Source: Polyangiaceae bacterium (GTDB taxonomy: Bacteria; Myxococcota_A; Polyangia; Polyangiales; Polyangiaceae). Taken from it: DNA of 64,000 nt. The stretch is taken from contig JBILLK010000039.1 of NCBI GenBank assembly GCA_044376115.1, positions 1 through 64,000 of the forward strand, read 5' to 3'. Position numbers and translations under genes: made by a program. Positions within the stretch are counted from its first letter, which is position 1. Each line of letters starts with the position of its first letter. The notes below the pieces were generated by a model. It saw only the letters and a list, made by a program, of their open reading frames with translations, was not told the origin of the DNA and made no database searches. This document shows, piece after piece, positions 9,814 to 19,676 of the stretch.

Positions 9814-12171
9814 ATGGCATTGCTTGATGATGTTAAGACGATTCTGAATCGACTGGCGCCTACCTGGGCGAACGTGTTCTCAGCGCATGGCCTCGACATC
9901 ACGGTGCCGAAGCCGCAGTTGGCCGCAGAGCTGCAGAAGCTCTTGCAAGTAGACAGTACGCGGGCCGGCTTCGAGGAGCTCGCCTTCGATGCGCGACGCG
10001 CTATCGAGCCCGGGATCCCGGGGCGCAGTCTGCTGTACCATGCGCTCGCGTCGGCGGACGTCCATCCGCCGGGCGCCTCTCCCGGCGACTATCCAACCCT
10101 TGATGAGTTGGACACCATCGAGAACTACGTTTACGCGACCGCGAAGCGCACGCTAAGCGACTTCCAGAACCCCGTCGTAGCCGTGTTCGCCTATCAATAC
10201 CGAGAGAAGTCCCTTTCACCTCACCAGCGTCACGCGGACCTCTGTTTTTCGCGCTGCGGCCTCTCACGAGTAGGGAACGAAGACGTCCGCTACGATCCAC
10301 CGTCGCGCTCGTTCGATCCGAGGCCCGCCGGCGGGGACCGTGGCTTCGCCGCGACGCCCGCGCGCTACGCAGCATTCATTGCCGAGTATCGCGCGCCCTC
10401 CGGCGACGATCAGGTCCTGCGTGCGGTTCCGAGCGACACGCAGCAACTGTTTCTGTTTCCCGTGCACAAACTGTTCGCAGGCAGCGAGTGCCTGCTCGGC
10501 GCGAACGGCGCCGGCATCAACCTGCCGGCCGTTTCCTTCCATGAGTTCCACATCAACGAGAAGCTCCGCCGCCTCCACCTCGACACACCCGACAACCCCG
10601 GCCACATCCCGCCGATGGGCATCTTCAACATCAACGCGGCCCCCTTCGTTCGTGACAGCACGAACACGACGTTCGTCAAACTTCGCCAGGTCGGCGCTTC
10701 CGTCATCGCGGAGCCGCCTGCAGCGCCGATCGTTGCGACTGCCACGCAGGACGTTAATGGGAAGCAGGAGCTTGCGCGCTTCGTGGTTCCCCCAACCAAC
10801 GACAATCGCTTCTGGACCTCGCTTAGTCTGCCGGCTCCGCAAGGCCGGGCCGCGCCTGAATATGCCAACATCCGTCAAGAAGTGGTTGCCGGTGGCAATC
10901 TACGCGATTTGAACGCGGTACCGGACGGCGGCACCCCAGCCGCTTCGCGCTTCGATGCCAAGATCGCGAACGGAGGCTACGAAGCGGCGCACTTTGTCGA
11001 CCACACCGCGGACGGGTTGATTCGGGTCGACCTTCCCGCTCCGCTCTCGTCTCTCACGGTTTTCCCCGCGTTCTCGCTAGTGGCAGCTATCGACTATTTC
11101 CCGCGGGTCGAGCAGGTCGAGGTCACTGAGTGGCTCGAGAAGCGCGAGGGGGTTCCTGTTGGTCTGAGCAATCCGAAGCTGGTCTTCCCGAAAGGAGGCC
11201 CGAAGCCGTTGAGCGACGGTCGCTTTCGTTCAGGCCTGAATTCGCCGCGCCCACGGTCGAACCGGGTGCCCAATCAAGGGCTCGTGGTCCCGGCCGGGCC
11301 CGCCTTCCCGGAAGACGAGGCCGCGAGCAAAACCGTGACGGCCATCGTCGGTCGCAAGGCGTCTGCTGGTTCGAGCACCAGGCAAGCGCCGTCACCCCTG
11401 TGCGTGACGTGGCTTCCGGACGCGGCGTCCGATTTCTTCGCACCCGGATGGGACGTGTCTGAGCACTTCGTCGCCTCCAGGTTCGGCGGCGGCACCGTAG
11501 CAACCTATACGAGCTACGGCCTGGGCAGCCCGTTCCCGGAGGACGCCAAGCTGTGTGCGGCGCTTAACTCATTCTGGCCCGCCGTCGCACCTGATTCGTC
11601 ACGCACGTTCGGGTTCGACCCGGGCGCGCTGAATGGTCTCCCAACATCCATTCCGCTGACCGACGGCGAGCTTGGGTACAACGCGGCTCATCCTCGCGTT
11701 GCTGCCGGTGAAGTCAGTGCGTCCCTGGGTTGGGACGGAGAGACGGGCCCTTTCTTCCAGCAAGGGAACGTGAACGCCGCGAACCCTTCCCGTACCGATC
11801 AGACGCTTCAAGCACTGCGTGGCAAGGGCGGCTTCAGCGGCTTGGACCAAATTGACACCCCAGCTTTCTTGGCGCGGATCGAGGCGCTGCTGTTCGCGAG
11901 GAAGCACATCAACGGGAGCGCCTGGCTGGTGGCGTTCGAAGAGATCACGGACTGGGCGACGTGGGCCAGCGCCGTCTCGCCCAGGATCGGTGCGCCGACG
12001 GGACGCGGATGGCTGTTCGAGTTCGCCAGGGTCACCCCGAGCCCGACGCCCGTCGGAGATCCTGCGCTCAGACTGGCGTTCCCCGTCTTGCGCCGCATCC
12101 ACGTGCATGTAGACACTGCGAACGGCTACTTCCGAGAAGGCGCTGGCAACGTCACGCCTCGCCCCCGCTGA
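9814..12171 (+). CDS. Large protein, putative divergent LodA/GoxA-like CTQ-dependent oxidase
   Basis: Colinear LodA-like motifs GLSRVGN, FVDHTADGLI, LVAAIDYFP and PFPEDAKLC-x6-WPAVAPD (D-x3-C ... WP); adjacent LodB-like flavoprotein. Confidence 0.6.
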   Translation: MALLDDVKTILNRLAPTWANVFSAHGLDITVPKPQLAAELQKLLQVDSTRAGFEELAFDARRAIEPGIPGRSLLYHALASADVHPPGASPGDYPTLDELDTIENYVYATAKRTLSDFQNPVVAVFAYQYREKSLSPHQRHADLCFSRCGLSRVGNEDVRYDPPSRSFDPRPAGGDRGFAATPARYAAFIAEYRAPSGDDQVLRAVPSDTQQLFLFPVHKLFAGSECLLGANGAGINLPAVSFHEFHINEKLRRLHLDTPDNPGHIPPMGIFNINAAPFVRDSTNTTFVKLRQVGASVIAEPPAAPIVATATQDVNGKQELARFVVPPTNDNRFWTSLSLPAPQGRAAPEYANIRQEVVAGGNLRDLNAVPDGGTPAASRFDAKIANGGYEAAHFVDHTADGLIRVDLPAPLSSLTVFPAFSLVAAIDYFPRVEQVEVTEWLEKREGVPVGLSNPKLVFPKGGPKPLSDGRFRSGLNSPRPRSNRVPNQGLVVPAGPAFPEDEAASKTVTAIVGRKASAGSSTRQAPSPLCVTWLPDAASDFFAPGWDVSEHFVASRFGGGTVATYTSYGLGSPFPEDAKLCAALNSFWPAVAPDSSRTFGFDPGALNGLPTSIPLTDGELGYNAAHPRVAAGEVSASLGWDGETGPFFQQGNVNAANPSRTDQTLQALRGKGGFSGLDQIDTPAFLARIEALLFARKHINGSAWLVAFEEITDWATWASAVSPRIGAPTGRGWLFEFARVTPSPTPVGDPALRLAFPVLRRIHVHVDTANGYFREGAGNVTPRPR

Positions 12172-13153
12172 CGCTTTCCGGAGGCCGCGTCCAGTCCGAC
12201 AAGCCCACGGCGCCATACAGCTCCGTGACGGCCCTCATGTCGGATTGGACGCGAGCGTCGTGCCATTGTTGGTAGGCGTCGGGGTCTCCTGTGACCCACG
12301 CGTGCACCGCCTGCATCGCCCCTGCGATGCCGCGGAGGACGCCGCCGCCGATCACTGGGTCGATACGCGCGGCCGCGTCGCCGCAAAGCATCCAGCCAGG
12401 GCCAGCAACTCGCGCGGCCGTGTACCACGTGACCTCGGTCGCCCCGCGGGACTCCACCTCGCAACCGTCCAACTCGGCCGGAAGCTGGGCTCGCTTCTGG
12501 TGACGGGTGCGTACGCGAGTCCAGTGAAGGCGGTCATCGCCGACTTCGGCAAGCCAATACCACTCTTCGCCACTAGCGCGGATCAACGGCAGCTCGTTGG
12601 ACGCTACACCTACCGCGAAGCCGTAGTCGGCGAAAAGTCTGCGTGATTGGGTCTGGTAGCCGGCGCGAACCCTGCGTCCAAGCCAGCGATTCGCCCCAGT
12701 GCAATCGATCACCACGCGTGGCCGAAGTCGACACGAAGCAAAGTCGACCGCCTCGACACAATTCCCATCGCCGAGCACGTTGCGCGGGGCCTCCAGGAGC
12801 AGTTGCGCGCCGAGCGCCTCTGCCACCCCGGCCAAGCCCGCATCGAGCTCTGTCCGGGAGATGTGGAAGCCTCGCCAGTCGTCGCCACCCATCGGCTGAA
12901 AGCGGCGGTCGGAGCCCCACTCCACCCAAACCCCACGATAACGCCCGCGTGTGGCCGTTAGTAGGCAATCGCCCACGCCGAGGTGCGCCAATAGCGGCTC
13001 GAGACCAGGGTGCACGCTCTCCGTGTGCCGTGGACGCCGCGGCGTTCGCAGGTGCGGGTCCGCGAGTACGACGCTGACCCCCAGGCGGCGCAAGGCGATG
13101 CTCGCCGCCGCACCGGCGGGCCCAGCACCGAGCACAAGCGCGTCATAGGCCAT
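12152..13153 (-). CDS. FAD-dependent oxidoreductase, LodB/GoxB (tryptophan-halogenase-like) type
   Basis: GAGPAG Rossmann motif, TESVHP, GFHISRTELD, IDCTG, WMLCGDAAARIDP. Confidence 0.85.
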   Translation of the reverse strand: MAYDALVLGAGPAGAAASIALRRLGVSVVLADPHLRTPRRPRHTESVHPGLEPLLAHLGVGDCLLTATRGRYRGVWVEWGSDRRFQPMGGDDWRGFHISRTELDAGLAGVAEALGAQLLLEAPRNVLGDGNCVEAVDFASCRLRPRVVIDCTGANRWLGRRVRAGYQTQSRRLFADYGFAVGVASNELPLIRASGEEWYWLAEVGDDRLHWTRVRTRHQKRAQLPAELDGCEVESRGATEVTWYTAARVAGPGWMLCGDAAARIDPVIGGGVLRGIAGAMQAVHAWVTGDPDAYQQWHDARVQSDMRAVTELYGAVGLSDWTRPPESVSGGEA

Positions 13154-13433
13154 GGCCGGCCACCACCGTCGACCTCGCGACTGCCGACGGTCTAGGTGGA
13201 GCCGCTGTTGTCGGCGAGGCCACCCAACGGCGGATCGGCGAAGGCCACGCTAAGGGCACAAGGGATCTGTCCGCTCGGCTTGGTCGCATGCTCAGATTGA
13301 AAGTGTGCATGGGGCGGTACGAAACACTGGCGCACTTAGCGCAGGCTCACGCCCTCCGCATCCCCCTTCACTCACCATCCATCTCCACTTGCAACTCTAG
13401 CGCCCTGATCGCCGCGCGGACGGCTTCTTTCGG

Positions 13434-14093
13434 GTGACGGCCGAGGTTCTCTTGTTGGACGCTGAGCGACGTCGCATCGTGGATGTCCACTTGGCGCATG
13501 GACTGACCTTCGCTACTCGAGTCAGCGGCGCGACCCTGAGTGCCCAAAGTGTCTGCGTCCTTAGAGCAGGGCGAGCCTTCATGCTGAACCGCTGGCCGCT
13601 TACCGCTGCGCTCGCCTTCGAGGCGTCGCTCAAGCTCGCGACGACATACTGGACCGAGCTCGCCCATTCGATCGGGCCTGCGGCTTTGGAGGCGTGGCGT
13701 TCGCACGCGCCGGCAGCGCCAAACCCGTTTCAACCCTGCCTAAGCTGCCTGCCTCCCGAACGCGTTTCGCTCCGTGCAAGGTTCACGTTCGCCGAGGGCT
13801 CGGCAGCGCTCGATCGAGACGCGGAGCTCGGCATCAACGAGGTCCTCGAGGCGCTGAAGGATCCTTCGATGCGCCTCGAGCTGTGGGGGCACGCGCTGAC
13901 GTCAGAGCAGGACCCGACAACGCTGGCGAGGCTTCGAGCCGAGGCCGTGCTTACTGCGTTGACTGCGCGAGGCGTCGACCCCGCCCGCGTGACCATCGTT
14001 CCGCTCGGCGTTGGGTTCGCCGAGCGAGGACTCGTCGAGGTGATGCGGCTAGATCCCCGACGGCGACGCACGGGCAACGACCTCGGGTGGTGA
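13434..14093 (+). CDS. OmpA-like peptidoglycan-binding domain protein (start uncertain, possibly 5'-truncated)
   Basis: C-terminal FAEGSAAL...LELWGHA...LARLRAEAVLTALTARGVDPARV; in-frame TAG just upstream of the GTG. Confidence 0.6.
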   Translation: MTAEVLLLDAERRRIVDVHLAHGLTFATRVSGATLSAQSVCVLRAGRAFMLNRWPLTAALAFEASLKLATTYWTELAHSIGPAALEAWRSHAPAAPNPFQPCLSCLPPERVSLRARFTFAEGSAALDRDAELGINEVLEALKDPSMRLELWGHALTSEQDPTTLARLRAEAVLTALTARGVDPARVTIVPLGVGFAERGLVEVMRLDPRRRRTGNDLGW

Positions 14094-14288
14094 CGTGCCG
14101 GGGGGTGGTGAGGCGCTCGGTGCAGCCTCCGCTCGTCCGCTACGGCCACTCACTTGTCCGCGTAGGCTGAGGGCCAGGCTCGCGTGCGATTGCTCGCGAA
14201 GGCGCCTCTTGGCGCTCCTATGAGTGGAGAGTGTCGCGCCTCAAACGTGCAGGGAAGATAGAGGCTCGGTGGGCAGTAGCAGGCGTGG

Positions 14289-15562
14289 ATGGCGCGCCTC
14301 CCTCTGGTTCCTCAGGAAGCAACGCAACCCACCGTGGCGTCCCGATCGTATGCGCTGCGGGCGGACGACCTGGACCTGGCCATCGATGAGATGCACAGAT
14401 TCCATCGCGCGTTGCGAGCCGCAAAGCTTGGCCAGGTCCACCATGCCGAGGCCCACGAGACCCCGAGTGGCGTTTACTTCCTCTGGTTGCTGACGAGCTC
14501 CGCGGGCGAGCTACAAGCGATGCTGTTCGAGGATGACACTGTGCCGGCGTTGGTGCTCGAGCTCGTGGGGCCAGCTTCCGTGCTGGCTTCGATTGAGCCC
14601 CAGCTGGCCGCTTCGTTCGCCATCGCTCCGACCGAAGAGGTCGTTGCGAACGCAAAGTCCGCGTTCGAGTCAGACCCGAGCCTGCTCGTTCTGGCGGCTT
14701 GGGTCACGCCAGCGGGCATGCCGGCCCTGAGCGAGCTACTGGAGAGCGCCAGCCGTCACCGCAAGCCCGAGGTGCGAGGGGCCGTTGTGAGAGCGGCCAG
14801 CATCTGGGCCACGCCCACGCTGCGAACGCTGGCGGAGAAGATGACCAGCGCAGAAAAGGACAAGAAGCTCGCGGTCTACATGCGCACGGTGTTGGACGGC
14901 TGGCCGAAGGAACCCCCAGCCGACGCTGCAAAGCCTTTGCGCGTGCAGAAGCCGGAGCGGCCTGCGCCAGCACCGTTCGATCCGGAGAAGAGCCCGCAGT
15001 ACCACGCGCTTCGAGCGCGCCAACAGTTCACCGGCGCTGAAGAGGTCGTTTCAGCGTCGCTTTGGAGGAGGCGCAGATCGGCGAACTGAAGCCGGTCGAG
15101 GGTCGAGAGACCTCCTACGGCGAGGTTCTTCGCTGGGTGCTGAAGCACCGAGAGGGCGAGCTCGCGGTGGCCATTCACGACGACCGAACGATGCCGGGCA
15201 TGGTGCTCGAGCTGGCGGGGCCGGAGGCGGTGATGAAGCTCGTCGGGCCTCACGTCCACGCCTGCTTCGAGCTAGCCGGCAGCGACGAGGTCGTGGCGGC
15301 CGCAAAGGCCGAACACGAGGCAACCCCCAACATGCTCTTGATGGCCGCGTGGGTGTCGGCGGAAGACGCCCCCGCGTTGGTCGAGCTTCTGCAGAGCGCG
15401 AGCACCCACTCCGATCCGGAGGTGCGCAAAGCCGTCGTCAAGGCCACGGCCGTGCAGGCCACGCCGAAGCTGCGGAAGCTCGCCGAGAAGATGGCCCGCG
15501 CCGAAAAGAACAAAAAGCTCGCCGGCCAGATGCGCACCATGTTGGCGGCCTGGCCGCGCTGA
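14289..15562 (+). pseudogene. Two-fold internally duplicated HEAT-like-repeat protein split by a frameshift near 15045-15050
   Basis: ORFs 14289..15089 and 15062..15562 encode homologous halves (DDTVPALVLELVGP / DRTMPGMVLELAGP; PEVRGAVVRA / PEVRKAVVKA; LAEKMTSAEKDKKLA / LAEKMARAEKNKKLA). Confidence 0.65.
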
Positions 15563-15755
15563 ATGAAGCGAGCTGCGAGCTGTCCCGTCGGATCAGGACA
15601 CCGAGCCATTCGATCTGCCCCTGCTCGACCGGCATGCTGGTGCTCCTCGATATGGCGTCTCTTGGTACCGCAGCGGCCCAATGGGGCATGTAGATGGCGG
15701 GCGATTCGGTGCTCACGGCCAAGTACATGGCGATGACCAGCCGTCGTAGCGCCCC

Positions 15756-16376
15756 CTAGAGCTTGCTCAGAAGTGGGAACCGCTCTTCGAACTCGGCGTC
15801 GGGGATGCGCGCCCGGGTCGGCCGCGCGCCTCCGGGGCCGTGCGCGGGAGGCTCTTGCTCGAGCCCGCGCGCCTCGAGCACGTCCCCCGGGACATACTGG
15901 AAGCCTTCGTAGATCGTGCGCTCGACGACGTCCGGGATCGCGGCCAGTGTGTCAGGGTCGGCGAGCGCGGCCTCGTAGTGGTCGCGCCCCAGCGCCACCA
16001 ACCCTGCGCGGAAGTCCCAGAAGCTGTCGTCGGAGCAGCCGCCATGGAGCACGTATGCCCCGCTCCAGAGCTCGTAGTCCATCGCGCGCACCATGGCGTC
16101 GCGAAACTGATTCGTCATCTGGCGCAGCGACACATCGTCGAGCGCTTCGAGCTCGGCGCGAAAGGCTGTGCAGGCGGCTGCCAACTCACCACCGCTGGCG
16201 CGCTCGATGCGCGCGATCATCGCCCAGAACGCGTCGGTGCCCGGTCCCTTCGGTGGCTCGCGCAATGGCAATGGCTGCGCCGGAACGTTGGGGTTGGGGT
16301 TGGCCTTCGCCTTCGCCTTCGCCTTCGCCTTCGCCACGGTCTTCCCCTTTGCTGGATCGCGCTTCGCCTTCGCCAT
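15756..16376 (-). CDS. DUF4240 family protein with Ala-Lys repeat N-terminus
   Basis: FWAMIA...LWSGAYVLHGGCSDDSFWDFRAGLVALGRDHYEAALADPDTLA; ATG 16376. Confidence 0.85.
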   Translation of the reverse strand: MAKAKRDPAKGKTVAKAKAKAKAKANPNPNVPAQPLPLREPPKGPGTDAFWAMIARIERASGGELAAACTAFRAELEALDDVSLRQMTNQFRDAMVRAMDYELWSGAYVLHGGCSDDSFWDFRAGLVALGRDHYEAALADPDTLAAIPDVVERTIYEGFQYVPGDVLEARGLEQEPPAHGPGGARPTRARIPDAEFEERFPLLSKL

Positions 16377-16713
16377 CGCTGCACAATAGCGCGCGCCCGG
16401 CGAGGCTCGCCAACACGAACGAGTCGTTGCCCGCAAGAGCTAAACTTCGGCGCTCCTGGCTCGCGCGCAGCTCTTCGTACAGGCCATCGGCCACGCCGAG
16501 CTTTCGTCGCGCCTGCTCGCTGCGCGTTTGGATCGCGCGTCGCTTCTCAGAGCAAGAGGCCGAGCGGCGCCCTTCCCGGACCTCCTCGATGAGGGATTCA
16601 ACGTCGTTGCGTGCCGTGCACTATGCGCTCAACAGCTGCGCTCGCTCAATCCGGATCCCCATGCAGCTGGCGTACGCAGCAACCTCGCGACCGTCAAGCT
16701 TCGGTGGGCGAGG

Positions 16714-16960
16714 GCGGCCGCCGACGAGAGCCACGCTGGAGCGACATTCGGGCGCCGGATGATTTATCGCGCGGCCCAATGTCGCTCGTGCGCTGGCCGA
16801 CTCGCGTGGGCGCCGAGCAATTAAGAACGGGCACCAGAACGGGCGCAGGAAAATCCGTGGCAAATCAGGCTACAAACAACGCGAGGTCGCGGTGCCGCTC
16901 CCAGCCGAGCGACATTCGGGCGCCGGATGGCTTATCGCGCGGCCCAATGTCGCTCGGCGG
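16714..16960. repeat. ~245-bp REP-doublet-like element, copy 1 (two hairpin units)
   Basis: Units GAGCGACATT-CGGGCGCCGGATG-N-TTATCGCGCGGCCC-AATGTCGCTC at 16739-16787 and 16904-16958, each with 10-13 bp terminal inverted repeats. Confidence 0.85.
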
Positions 16961-17112
16961 TTGGGTGCGCTAGCAGCGTCATCGCGCAGATTGCCTCGTG
17001 GTCGAATTCCTTGGCGCTCAAGATCGAACTACGAAGAAGCACGTCCAAGGCCTCTGTTAGAGACGCCGCACACAGCCGCGGCGGTCTTCAGCTCACCCCA
17101 TCTTGGAGTCCC

Positions 17113-17616
17113 GTGAACAAGCCGTACATTCTGCTGGTCGTGCTCTTCGCGTTTGCCTGTGTCACGTCTTCGCCTTCCGGTCCCAGCGCTACCACTGCTT
17201 CGAGCGCTTCCAGTCCGGGCGCTGCCGCCAGCGCTACCACAGTTCCGAGCGCTTCCAGTCCCGGCGCTACCGCCAGCGCTACCACGCCTTCTAGCGCGGG
17301 TAGTTTGGAGGGGACTTGGCAACTTGTCGCGCTCGAAGGCACCCCAATCGCAGACAAGAAGCGCTTCAACATTACGTTCAAGGGCGACGAGGTGCGCGGC
17401 CATGGAGGCTGCAACAGCTTCTGGGCTACGGCAAAACAGACCGGAGGCGAGCTCGTTCTCGAATCTCTGGCCGCCACCGAAAAGGGTTGTGATCTGTTCG
17501 CGCAAGAATCCGCCTACTTGAAGGCACTCAAGGAGACTCGCAGCTTTACGATCACGAGCGGCGTACTCGAGTTTCGAAGCAGCACCGGCGCTAAGCTTGT
17601 TTCCTTCGAACGCTAG
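17113..17616 (+). CDS. META/HslJ domain lipoprotein
   Basis: Lipobox FAFAC, Ser/Ala/Thr repeats, LEGTWQLVALEG...GHGGCNSF...LAATEKGC...ESAYLKAL. Confidence 0.88.
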   Translation: MNKPYILLVVLFAFACVTSSPSGPSATTASSASSPGAAASATTVPSASSPGATASATTPSSAGSLEGTWQLVALEGTPIADKKRFNITFKGDEVRGHGGCNSFWATAKQTGGELVLESLAATEKGCDLFAQESAYLKALKETRSFTITSGVLEFRSSTGAKLVSFER

Positions 17617-17780
17617 TTGCACCTAGGCGTGCGCTGGGATGCCGTCCAATTCATCGACCTGCTCCCGCAAACCGGCGATCGCTTTGCCTTGATGAGCTTC
17701 GGCCATGCCGCGTTCTATCACTGCAACCGGCGCCATCGACCATGACCTCGGTGATGTGGGCACGTTCGCGGCGACGGCTC

Positions 17781-18028
17781 GCGGCCGCCGAAGAGAGGCA
17801 CGCTGGCATGCGACATTCGGGCGTCGGATGGTTTATCGCGCGGCCCAATGTCGCTCGTGCGCCGGAATCCTCGAGTGCCGCCGAGCAATCAACAAAGGCG
17901 CACCACAACGGGCGCACCACAATCCGCGGCGATCGGGCTGCAATCAACGCGAGGTCGCGGAGCCGCTCCCAGCCGAGCGACATTCGGGCGTCGGATGGTT
18001 TATCGCGCGTCCCAATGTCACTCGGCGG
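17781..18028. repeat. ~245-bp REP-doublet-like element, copy 2
   Basis: Hairpin units at 17810-17854 and 17972-18026. The spacer (CAACGCGAGGTCGCGG-GCCGCTCCCAGCCG) is also shared with copy 1. Confidence 0.85.
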
Positions 18029-18083
18029 GGTCGCTGTGGCGGCGCGGCCGGCTCACGTGGCCGCACTGTTCGAGGGCCGCTGA

Positions 18084-18288
18084 GTACGCGTCCCATAACG
18101 ACTGGTCGTTCGGGGCGAGCGCGCGATATGGGACGGGCCGGCGGCCCAGAAGGTTGTACGCGTCCCATAACGACTGGTCGTTCGGGGCGAGCGCGCGATA
18201 TGGGACGGGCCGGCGGCCCAGAAGGTTGTACGCGTCCCATAACGACTGGTCGTTCGGGGCGAGCGCGCGATATGGGACGGGCCGGCGG
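18084..18288. repeat. Perfect 72-bp tandem repeat (~2.8 copies) with nested palindromes
   Basis: Units start at 18084, 18156, 18228; each contains CGTCCCATA...TATGGGACG and AACGAC-TG-GTCGTT. Confidence 0.95.
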
Positions 18289-18391
18289 GCATCGCGCATT
18301 CGCCCAACGCAATAAATCGGTGCGACGGTCTGCGACCCTCTGCGTCCTTGGGTGGAGCGCCCAGTCGCGAGTTGGGCCGGAGGGTGTGCGG

Positions 18392-18988
18392 ATGAAGATG
18401 GTTGGGCTTGTTTGTGGGCTGCTGCTGGCCTCGACCTTGGGGACGGGCTGTAAGCCCCGTGTGCGTACGGTGCCGGAGGCCATCACCGCGAAGAACTCCG
18501 ATGGTTCGGTAACGGTTAGTCACCGCCAGCTGAAGGTCGCTTTGAAGGCGCCAGAACGTACGGAGCTTGTCGGTACGCCGACGGACGCCGAGCTGCAGTT
18601 GCGCTGGGGTGGCGAGGGAGGGCGCGGGGTTCGGCAGCTCACGGTCAAGGCTCCAGACGAGCGGACGGCGATGACGCCCGAGGATTGGACCAACGAAATG
18701 GCGCTTCGTGGGTCGTCCCTGCGCGATGTCGAAAGCAAGGAGGTCGGCGGTGGCTTCGCCATGACCTACACCTTCCGCGATCACAAATTCGAGCAACGCT
18801 CCGGCTACTACAGCCTGCGCACGGTTGCCCAACACAAGATCGTTTGCACGCACGCGGGCGATGAAAGCAGCGTGCGCGAGGCTGAGGATGTTTGCGATTC
18901 GCTGCGGCGCTACGAGCCGCCTGCGGTCGCTCCCGCGCGGCGGGACAAGCCTCTGGGTGACCTTCTTACAGCGCTGATTGGGAGCTAG
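18392..18988 (+). CDS. Hypothetical lipoprotein
   Basis: MKMVGLVCGLLLASTLGTGC lipobox; ATG 18392 after GGAGGG. Confidence 0.75.
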   Translation: MKMVGLVCGLLLASTLGTGCKPRVRTVPEAITAKNSDGSVTVSHRQLKVALKAPERTELVGTPTDAELQLRWGGEGGRGVRQLTVKAPDERTAMTPEDWTNEMALRGSSLRDVESKEVGGGFAMTYTFRDHKFEQRSGYYSLRTVAQHKIVCTHAGDESSVREAEDVCDSLRRYEPPAVAPARRDKPLGDLLTALIGS

Positions 18989-19052
18989 ATCGAGCCGACG
19001 TCGTCCGGGCCGAGTGCGGTCTTGATGTCGGAGTGCAGTAGCCTGCTGCCCG

Positions 19053-19676
19053 ATGTCACGACTGTGGAAGGCTGTCCTCGGGGCGGGGGCGCTCGTGCTG
19101 CTGGCGTTGGGCGGTTGGCAGCTGGTCGTCTTTCTACGAAAGGCGCCCGATGCAGCGCTGGGTTCGAGCGGTTCGAGCCGCCCGCTGCTGGCGCCGAATG
19201 CGGGCCTTACGCCGGGGCCCGCGGGCCATCTCGTCATTCACCGCGATCAGCTGATCCGTTCGTCCTTCTCGTTGGGCCGGCTCGAGCTTTTCGATCGGGC
19301 GTCGCACCGCAGGGTCTCGACGATCCCCCTGCGCGGGAATGGCAAGGATGAGCCGTATGGTGGGGCGCTGGTCATCGCGCAGGGTCGGCTGTTCGTCGAT
19401 GGGATCTTTAGCCAGTGGCTCGAGGTGTTCGATCTGACGACGATGGAGAGCGTGGGTGTCGTGCCGACGTCCGACGCGAACGGAGCGCTGTGCGCTTCGG
19501 CGGACGAAGGTCGCGTGGTTCACGCGGGAACGGCGCTGCTGATCATTGACCCTGCGACGCTCGCGTCCCGCACGGTGCCGCTGCCACCGGAGCGGAACCA
19601 TCACGGAGCGACTGCATCACTCCGGAAGACTCCCCGGCGGCCGCGCTGTCTCGAACACCGGCAAGGGGAAGCGGCT
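19053..19676 (+). pseudogene. Truncated YncE-like beta-propeller gene reading in frame into the downstream protease
   Basis: N-terminal TM segment, then propeller-like blades (LELFDRASHRRVSTIPL, LEVFDLTTMESVGVVP, LLIIDPATLASRTVPL) that break off without a stop. Confidence 0.45.

Noticed and set aside
16303..16335. (CTTCGC)n microsatellite as a phase-variation tract
   Set aside because: The 6-bp unit preserves frame and simply encodes the AKAKAK linker.
16440..16662. Short minus-strand frame with internal TAG (MGIRIERAQLLSA*CTARNDVESLIEEV...)
   Set aside because: No recognisable family; too short to call a pseudogene or a readthrough event.
16714..18028. Integron attC cassette
   Set aside because: The hairpins lack the RYYYAAC...GTTRRRY boundaries, and no tyrosine integrase is nearby.
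18084..18288. CRISPR array
   Set aside because: Units are identical over the full 72 bp with no unique spacers, and no cas genes are in the window.
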